From Rhizaria sp. SCN 62-66 (Eukaryota): 42,266 nt of DNA. Positions 36,101 to 42,266 of the stretch are shown here, in pieces. Each line of letters opens with the position of its first letter. The stretch's first letter is position 1. The stretch is from positions 1 to 42,266 of the forward strand of contig MEDY01000269.1 in assembly GCA_001724265.1 (NCBI GenBank), in the 5' to 3' direction. Position numbers and translations under genes: made by a program. The notes under the pieces were generated by a model. It was not told the origin of the DNA and did no database searches. It worked only from the letters and a program-made list of their open reading frames with translations.

Positions 36101-38689
36101 ACGCTCGACGGAGTGCTCGAGGACCTGGACGCGCGCGCCGCGCGCCGGGCGCTGCGCAAGGAGCAGGAGCAGATGGTGCGCGCGGGCGCCGCGCCGGCAT
36201 CAATCCTTGCGCGCAGGAACAAGAAGAACAGCAAGAACTACATCGCCGCCAACGCCTTCATGGACGCGCTCGACGCCGAGGACCGCGCCGCCAGCGCGCG
36301 CGCCGCCGCGGGCGGGCGCGGCGGCGGGGACGGCGCGCTGCTGTCGGAGATTAAGCCGCCCGCGGTGGTGGCGGCGGAGGAAGCCGCGACGCGCGCGGAG
36401 CGGCTGCGGCGTGCCGAGGCCACGCTCGAGGCCGCGCGGCGCACGCTGCACGGGCTCCCAGCCGCGGGTGGCCAGGCCGGCGGCGCGGGAAAGGCGGGCG
36501 CGGGGAAGGCGGGTGTGGACGCGACGGCCGACGTGGTGGGCGAAGGCGACGGTGACTGCGGGTCTGCGGACGGCGCGAGCGCGAGCGCGGGCGCGCGGCC
36601 GCTGCGCTTGCTGGACTGCACCGGCGGCTTTGGCACCGACGTGTTCGTCGTTGCCGCCTCGGTCAAGCAGCGCGCCAACGTGCAGATCACGGTCCTGGAG
36701 CGCAGCCCCGTGCTGTTTGCGCTGCTCGCCGACGGGCTGCGGCGCGCGCAGCAGGCCGCCGCGGCCGCCGACGCCGCCGCCGCCGCGCGCGCGCAACGGG
36801 ACGTCGCGCCCACGTACTTCAACTCTGGCGCGGCGGGCGCGCCCGCGGTCGGCGAGGTCCGCGCGCGCGTTAAGGAGGAGCTGCTGCAGTCGCGCCGCAG
36901 GGACGTGGCCAAGCTCGCCGGTGCAGATGCTGTCTCTGACGGCGACGCCGCTCCTGGCGGTAGTGGCGACGCTGCGGGGGAGCTGGGCGCGGAGCTCAAC
37001 TGGGGGCCCGGGGGCCGGCTGGGCTCGCGCGTCGCGCGCGCCGTCGACGCCGCCGCTGCTGCGACAGCGACTGCTGCTGCGTCATCGGCGTTATTGGCGT
37101 CATCGGCGTCTTCGTCGTCGCGTGTGACGGACGCTGTCATTCTGGGCTCTGACCCCTTTGCCGCGGCGCGCACCGCAGCGCTAGCCGCGGCCACCGCGCG
37201 TCCTGCCACCGCGACAGCCGTCGCAGCGACACGCGGCGGTCGCGCGAGCGCTGGCGCTGGCGCGACTCCGTCTCCGGGCGCGGCGGCTGCGGCAGCGCCG
37301 CTGAACAACTTCAATCACATCGGCTCCAGTGTCAGCGACGCAGCGTCATCCTACGCCCACAACCGCAACGGCCACAGTGCCCACGGCTCGTCTGTCCACC
37401 CCTCCGCTGCCCACGCCTCCGCTGCCGCCCGCGGGCAGAGCGCATACACCCCGCTGGCGCAGCGCGTGGCCCTGTCGGCCGAGGCCGAGGCGCGGCGCGC
37501 GCACGTGGTGCGGACGGCAGAGGAGGCGCTACACCAGTTCCTGTTCCAGCGCAAGGGCCGCGGCGGCGAGCTCCACGCGCTCGACGTGGCCACCATCGCG
37601 CGCAACATGCGCCTCGTGCACAGCGACGCGGCGGAGTTCCTCTTCGCCGCCGCCGCTAGGCCCGGCGCCAAGACGCTCGCCGCAGACGCAGACGCTGCCG
37701 CTGCTGCTGCTGCTGGTCATGCAACGCCTGCAGTGGGAGAGCGTGTTGACAAAGTCAAGGTTGCCGTGGACGCCGCGGTCGGTGACCCCGCAGACCCCCT
37801 CAGTGTCGCGACCTACAGCAGCTGCGCGACCGGCAGTGACGACGATGGCGCGAGAGTCGCGCCCGCAGCGGCGGCAGGGCTGTCCCAGCTCGGGCTCCTG
37901 CCGCTGTCCGCTATGCCCCGCTGGCTCCGCGCTGCCAAGTCGTCGGCGAGCGCGGGCGCGGGCGCGGGTGCGGGCGTGAACAGCAGTGGCAGCGCGTGGC
38001 AGCCTCGTGGCCCTGCCGCGCGCGCGTTTGACGTCGTCTTCCTGGACCCGTTTTACCCAGAAAAGCACGTCGGCGCGGGGCGCAGGCGCAAGATCGCGGC
38101 GCGCAACTCCAAGGGGATGAACTTCGCCAAGCTCCTTCGCCAGGTCGAGGAAGCGCGCGCCGCCGAGATCATGCAGCAAGCGCTGCCTGCGAGTGGCGAC
38201 ATAACAGCCGCTCCCGCTGCGACTGAAGAGAGCGACGAGGACGGCAACTGGGAGGCGCGTCCGGGCGCGGGCGCGGTGGTGGCCGCGCGCGTGAGCGTGT
38301 TCCGCTCGCAGGCGGCGCGCGCGTTCGAACGCGTGCTGAGCGACGCACAGTCGCGGTGGGGCGCGGACGTGACCGCGGGCGTGGGCGCGGCGGCCGCGGG
38401 GGCGCACCTGGCGCGCGCGGCCGCGGGGCCCGTGTTCCGGCCCGAGCCCGCCAACACGGGGCTGCTGCTCGACGCCGCGCGGCTCGCCGCCGGGCTGCGC
38501 GTCGTGATCAAGCGGCCGCGGCACGCTAAGACGCCGTACCCCACGGCGGCCGTATTCAAAGACCGCAAAACGCGGTTCGACGTGCTGGCGCCGTTCCAGG
38601 CCCGCGCGGAAGCCGCCAGGGCCGTTAACGCGGTCGCCGAGACACTCGCCAAAGAAGCGCAGGCCGCTTTTGTCGTTGCGCACGATTAG
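33146..38689 (+). CDS. rsmJ: RsmJ/YhiQ-like SAM-dependent rRNA methyltransferase with long N-terminal extension and large insertions, about 1847 aa
   Basis: Colinear RsmJ motifs IHVDFVSG (~35969), LLDCTGGFGTDVFVVA (~36608), LERSPVLFALLADGLRRA, MRLVHSDA, FDVVFLDPFYP (~38027), RVVIKRP, RFDV. First ATG at 33146. Ends TAG followed directly by TAA. Confidence 0.8.
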   Translation: MLPGANARALSAACAATATAAVASRAAAASLHCSARAEHCELTAKRAEPASAPMFGPAALPCARPGLRDSLPAVTHGSSCSRSVAQFATAASHTLAASRTLSSVTSVSSASAPTSSLAGARALLSAPAATFATLPAPASASARAASGVASGAVNGAANGAAAALRAEGAKTLDGNSSLSNSNADDDDESVEGRGAAGSDSGNRSLHVVSEPLTLQSSSPFPSSPFYVSLYAHSPSHNAAGADATHSTTSHSASDRGQPQPQRQRQPPALEWVDLEHANSTAGALPPPPRPDYTGKTRSLAESSQSAGSSFRLPYPVELLTTTLRAPSQPALQPGESAETVGSTGSAPMSAGAGTVSTASTAASTAVSSAGAVVCVSQLAALTADVMDVVEDYLDCIHDSSLALPLAYTSEHAWAAAAAADAAAADAAANDVGHSISENERAARNAIASILSQSNANSEDSNTGNAASSSASARAECAALSDPTSALLFLDPRPSALATALATFLALPLLAPPLLRLSPLALARACGYSPERLGALRRQARAQAPKGGKLDADVDGDGDYFNHELGAGDYDAHAAGETAPGETAADRELRALPAVSDRERDREQGRFCRPRLVARESWSRERALRSEIARKNVQRNVAAALAHAGASYAVMVEPPRQFRNPRRDGDSDNITQNSDNCSSSCAAEVSGGAAAIVELETCLRAGYVPSSVLSQTLAQCEGGSVFAVPIVTAAKGKEVTANLPAPAQTLAQSVSQVQAQLHAQAQAQLRLVTAASPDATVSSGGGDYDGSAAAAAHGSAVCDSDGKAVKGGKRLKKLLQQQQQQQQQVKSYSGKNKKSAAPSNARAVAAAVERDVDDDADEDDDPLDADDAEKDADEEEDSEAEAAALALLEDEQDAALEAQLRSLHGLGRHSSSSSSSGGGDAVGSGGGNASMSLQRSHRFGGVIHVDFVSGLGRQKRLLGNFTARSPLLQSVLGQRHATAARPAAPLTLDGVLEDLDARAARRALRKEQEQMVRAGAAPASILARRNKKNSKNYIAANAFMDALDAEDRAASARAAAGGRGGGDGALLSEIKPPAVVAAEEAATRAERLRRAEATLEAARRTLHGLPAAGGQAGGAGKAGAGKAGVDATADVVGEGDGDCGSADGASASAGARPLRLLDCTGGFGTDVFVVAASVKQRANVQITVLERSPVLFALLADGLRRAQQAAAAADAAAAARAQRDVAPTYFNSGAAGAPAVGEVRARVKEELLQSRRRDVAKLAGADAVSDGDAAPGGSGDAAGELGAELNWGPGGRLGSRVARAVDAAAAATATAAASSALLASSASSSSRVTDAVILGSDPFAAARTAALAAATARPATATAVAATRGGRASAGAGATPSPGAAAAAAPLNNFNHIGSSVSDAASSYAHNRNGHSAHGSSVHPSAAHASAAARGQSAYTPLAQRVALSAEAEARRAHVVRTAEEALHQFLFQRKGRGGELHALDVATIARNMRLVHSDAAEFLFAAAARPGAKTLAADADAAAAAAAGHATPAVGERVDKVKVAVDAAVGDPADPLSVATYSSCATGSDDDGARVAPAAAAGLSQLGLLPLSAMPRWLRAAKSSASAGAGAGAGVNSSGSAWQPRGPAARAFDVVFLDPFYPEKHVGAGRRRKIAARNSKGMNFAKLLRQVEEARAAEIMQQALPASGDITAAPAATEESDEDGNWEARPGAGAVVAARVSVFRSQAARAFERVLSDAQSRWGADVTAGVGAAAAGAHLARAAAGPVFRPEPANTGLLLDAARLAAGLRVVIKRPRHAKTPYPTAAVFKDRKTRFDVLAPFQARAEAARAVNAVAETLAKEAQAAFVVAHD

Positions 38690-39062
38690 TAAAGTGAGTT
38701 GAGTGTAATCGCGGCCACAAATTACCATTATTTATTCGCAATTGATACACAATGTTTACTTAAGTAGTGCCTTTGTGACAGTCAGGCTTCCATGCGTCGC
38801 AAAGTTGTTTAACCATAAGCTTAATATTGTAAGCTTAACGACTGATTCGAGTGTGTTGTTCTGTGGGGTTGTGATTTTGAACGTAAGCCTGAGCCGCTGA
38901 ATGATTTGCTCTCGCTTAGCTCCGGCGTTGGTGTTTTGACCGCGGTGCAGTCGTGACGACAGCGGATGCGTGAGTGCGACACAAGAGCAAAAAATAAAGC
39001 TGTGTGTGCGCGCGCGCGTGCGGAAAGCAGCAACAGGTGGGCGGGCGCATGAGTAAACGAAG

Positions 39063-39071
39063 AAAAAAAAA
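39063..39071 (-). terminator. Pol III poly-T terminator of tRNA-Pro
   Basis: T9 run 5 nt downstream of the tRNA 3' end. Confidence 0.8.
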
Positions 39072-39076
39072 TAAAC

Positions 39077-39148
39077 GGGGGTCGGCGGGAGTTGAACCCG
39101 CTACCACCTCTACCCTAAAGAGGTATGATACCGTTACACCACGACCCC
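39077..39148 (-). tRNA. tRNA-Pro (anticodon AGG), intronless
   Basis: Acceptor stem GGGGTCG/CGACCCC, anticodon stem CCTCT/AGAGG with loop TT-AGG-GT, T arm GCGGG-TTCAACT-CCCGC, discriminator C, no encoded CCA. Confidence 0.95.
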
Positions 39149-39676
39149 ATGTCATCCGGATTCACCGAGAAAAATCAAACAAATCATGGGATTTGCTGTC
39201 AGGTAACTGAAATTTTATATATGTAAATAATTTAATAAAACATTTCTGTTTGTGAGCGAGATGTACTAAACGTTTAGAATAACTTAACAAGTAAAGTATA
39301 TGAACAGTTACATTTGTAAAATTAAACGTAGTTTATTGCAGTAGTCTTAGAGTGGGAATATATTGATACAGATTCAGTGTAAACGCTCAATTGCATCTCT
39401 CTCACAGTAAGATTAAGTAGGGTTACTAGGATATTTGTCAGTGTGAATGTTGCTTCAAGTCACATCAATGCGTCTGAATAAAAAGTACTCATTTATTTAG
39501 ATCTGTTTTAGGAACTGTTTTGTCTTTCTTATATAAATACAGTATATTAATACGCAAGCATGTGTAGTGTTGCGTGAGTTTGGAAAAAAGCACAAAACTA
39601 CTACGAGTAAGCTTACTAATAACAGCACAGAGACAAGAAATCACATTTCCACTAAATTAGTATTGAAAATCTTACC

Positions 39677-42073
39677 TCATAGGGAAAATATTGAGTCAAG
39701 ATCTAAGACTTTTTGCTGCTTCGCCTTGGAAGCTTTCTCTGCCTCCAGCTTAATCAGCGCCAGTTGCGCTGTCTCCCAGTCAGCTGGAACAGTGTCCGCC
39801 AGCAGCTGCAAAGCGCGCTTTTCGTGGAATACGTCTGGGAACGCCACAGCAACGCGCACGCGCCACCGCAGTCCTGGTGAAGCCGTCATGGCTGCCTCCG
39901 CATCAACGGCCTTAGCGAGCGCAACAGCAGTGGTGCGCTTGTTGGCGTCAGTCAACTTCAACATCGCGTGATTCGCAGCCATAGTCGCACCAGGGGCATT
40001 ATTATCGTCAATGTTGATCTTGTTATGATCTCTCTGAGAAGCACGACTGTTATCTTCACTATCACTGTCATTATCACTGAAATTGTCAAAAGCACTGTCA
40101 TCAAGCTGGACAGCACTCACCACTGTGAACTTTACACACACATTGCCAAACTCAATGACATCAACAATACCGCCATGACTCATCGATGAAGACTTGTTCT
40201 CTTTCTCATTATCTTTGTTAACTTTTCCATTGATCACGCGGCCATCTTCCTCATCTTCGTAGTCGTCGGTCTCAATGAGCTCAGTGATGGCTTGAGAACG
40301 TGCACCACATGCCTCATATCTTGCAACAAGACTTGGCGACAAGATGCTCGCCTCAACCTCACCTACAAGCGCGCATTGGCACTCGGGCGAGAGTGACAAA
40401 AATGCATGGAGGGAGCTCGCACCCTCGATGGCACCACCTGGAGTCAAGTTTGCAGTAGCAGACTTTGAGCCAGCACTCGTGTTGGCAGCAATAATGTTAG
40501 ACTTCACAGCAGTGGTTGCGTCTGCCTCTGTGCGTTGCTGTGGCAACGGCAGCAGCAGCGGGGAGGCACCGCAGCCACAGCCACGACGCACATTGCATTT
40601 GAAGCGTACGCCACACAACTCAACTGTGCCCAGCTGAATCACAGGACCACGCGAAGTAGCAATTGTATTTGCACTTCCACGAGCGTTCACAGTGACCGAT
40701 CTTGAGTGGGCAGGAAGAACCAGCTCAGCGAGCGGCACATCTATCTCACGAACAACCTCACGCGGCACCAGTGCAGCAGCGGTGTCCGTGAAAGCCACAT
40801 CAAACGCGGCGCGCGCGCTAGCCCACGGCGTATCGGCAAGTGTGGTTTCAGCTTTCATGCTCACATCCGCAGACACGCTTGCATCGGCGCATTGGCCAGA
40901 GTTAGCAGGCGTAAATGGCCAGACGGGTCGTGATTGAAGCAGTCGAGCAAGACGTGTGATAGTGGGCGCATCTGTAGCACCAGTCATACTCGCCAGTGTG
41001 CTTTGCGTGAGCGCAAGAGCTTTCTTCTCTTGCGCGATGCGCTGTGACAGGAACAGACGTAGCTGCGCAGCAAGTGCCGAAGGAAGGGCGAGCGCCTGGG
41101 TTGCGTATCGTGCCGTTGCGGCTGCAAGCGCGGTTAGCTGGGTCTCGGTCTGTGTGCGTAAGGTGATTGTGAGAGCTGTCTCATCCGCGAGCTGTTGCGC
41201 AAGTGTGGCAATCCGTGGGGTGAGTGTTGCAGCATGAGAGCGGAGCTCAGAGTGTTTAGCGGCGACAGACCGGATGACGTGGTCTTTGTGCTCGCCATTA
41301 AGAATGATACAGTGACCGCAGATCACCAAGATGCAATTATCACACCAGTACAGCATCAGAACAGGCTCGCCATGCTTGTGGCAACTCTATTTCAAACGCA
41401 AAACGTTGTTTGCGAATGTGAGAACATACACGCCAACAATAGTGTCAGGATAGTGAGAATATTACCAAATGGGAAACGCATTTTACAGAAAGCTTAAGAA
41501 AAAAGTAACTCAATTAAAACTCTTGCAATCTTCGTAACTCTGATAAGCGCCGAGTCGCAATGAGTTTTTTTGTTGGACTCGTCGCTTTGTCGCGCGCGTC
41601 ATTGAGGGTAAGGGAGAAGAAAGCGAGGTGATGTGACGTACACTGGGATCACGTTGTGCAGGAGCAGTACAAATGGACACCCCGATATCAGCGGAGGTTG
41701 AGCCAGCAGCTCCAGCAGCATTGACACTGCTGGTGGTGCGAGTCAGGGCGCTGGAGCTGGGCGGGGAGGATTCACCTTGAAGATCACTTTCAGACTATAA
41801 TTGAACGCAAATAAAGAACAAAATACAACAGGTGAGATTTAATGCGAGATACTATATAAAAAATAGAACAATTGGCGGATAACTACACCCGTCAAAGAAA
41901 CCAACGTTAGGGCATTTTTTTGTAAGGGCAAGAAGAGAAGACTTCTTAGGACGTTGGGGGATGTCGATATTGTTTACCTTAAAGCAAGGTTGGCATAAAA
42001 TCGGAGGTCGATTTGTGCCATTAATGTGAAGGGTGCGGCCACAATTCTTGCAGCTCGACACCCGGGTCGTCAT
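39677..42073 (-). CDS. TRIM-like protein: CxxC-CxxC zinc motif, B-box type 2, coiled coil, possible degenerate MATH domain; exons 42073-41978, 41794-41642, 41386-39677, about 652 aa
   Basis: CKNC..CQPC; B-box CHKHGEPVLMLYWCDNCILVICGHCIILNGEHKDH; helical region after it; TGA stop. The two upstream exons are inferred from splice signals only. Confidence 0.65.
41387..41641 (-). other. Spliceosomal intron (255 nt, phase 0) of B-box gene
   Basis: AGT|GTACGT ... AAATAG|AGTTGCCAC, placing the acceptor just before the first B-box Cys. Confidence 0.7.
41795..41977 (-). other. Spliceosomal intron (183 nt, phase 0) of B-box gene
   Basis: AAG|GTAAAC ... T-rich ... TTATAG|TCT. Confidence 0.55.
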
Positions 42074-42266
42074 GATGACTCGTCTGATTTAAGTGTAATA
42101 CAAGGCACACAAGCCACGCGGAGAGTTGACTAGGGAGGGTGAGGATATGAAAAGATAAGTATCAAGTTATGTTACCGTCGACATTCTGCATAAAATTCCA
42201 GTCGACAGCTTTTGCCGGTCGCGATTTAAAGGTGGCGTTTCTTGTGTATACACACTTCGTTTTCCT

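Noticed and set aside
2746-38728. Many long antisense and alternate-frame ORFs (e.g. 18495-20357 -, 15339-16646 -, 35673-37127 +)
   Set aside because: Shadow ORFs from extreme GC and codon bias; Arg/Pro-rich or antisense-pattern translations with no domain motifs.
39077-39148. tRNA as a possible UAG suppressor (loop contains TTAG)
   Set aside because: The 5-bp stem and 7-nt loop put AGG at 34-36 (Pro); an amber suppressor needs CTA. The single TTTAGGG here is not a telomeric array.
41387-41389. In-frame TAG just before the B-box as further readthrough evidence
   Set aside because: It is better explained as the 3' splice acceptor; upstream DNA is AT-rich and has an in-frame TGA.
1-42266. CRISPR arrays, transposases, inteins, prokaryotic operons
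   Set aside because: No repeat-spacer array, no transposase or RT motifs, inserts lack intein C...HN ends; spliceosomal introns and a CCA-less tRNA with poly-T terminator show eukaryotic nuclear DNA.

Overview
Gene-dense eukaryotic (probably protist) nuclear DNA. Very GC-rich exons alternate sharply with AT-rich introns and intergenic spacers. I can support ten protein genes and one tRNA: 3' end of RPL30; EAF-family elongation factor; a 3142-aa ORF ending in a UCP-like mitochondrial carrier; an N-myristoylated ankyrin protein; a membrane-anchored EF-hand-like protein; mitochondrial thiolase (ACAT1-type); QSOX sulfhydryl oxidase; DUF167/YggU; an RsmJ-like methyltransferase; tRNA-Pro(AGG); and a B-box/coiled-coil TRIM-like protein. 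Top signal: the ankyrin reading frame runs through two in-frame TAG codons (17751, 18270) and stays coding-like for about 850 more codons to a TGA. The only other terminal TAG is immediately backed by TAA, and all other genes end in TAA or TGA. This points to UAG readthrough or reassignment, though recent nonsense mutation is not excluded. Other oddities: huge Ala/Ser/Gln-rich in-frame insertions inside conserved enzyme folds, a GTACGT splice-donor consensus, and 7 of 8 inferred introns being 3n in length and 7 of 8 phase 0. All family calls come from motif recognition by eye, not database searches.
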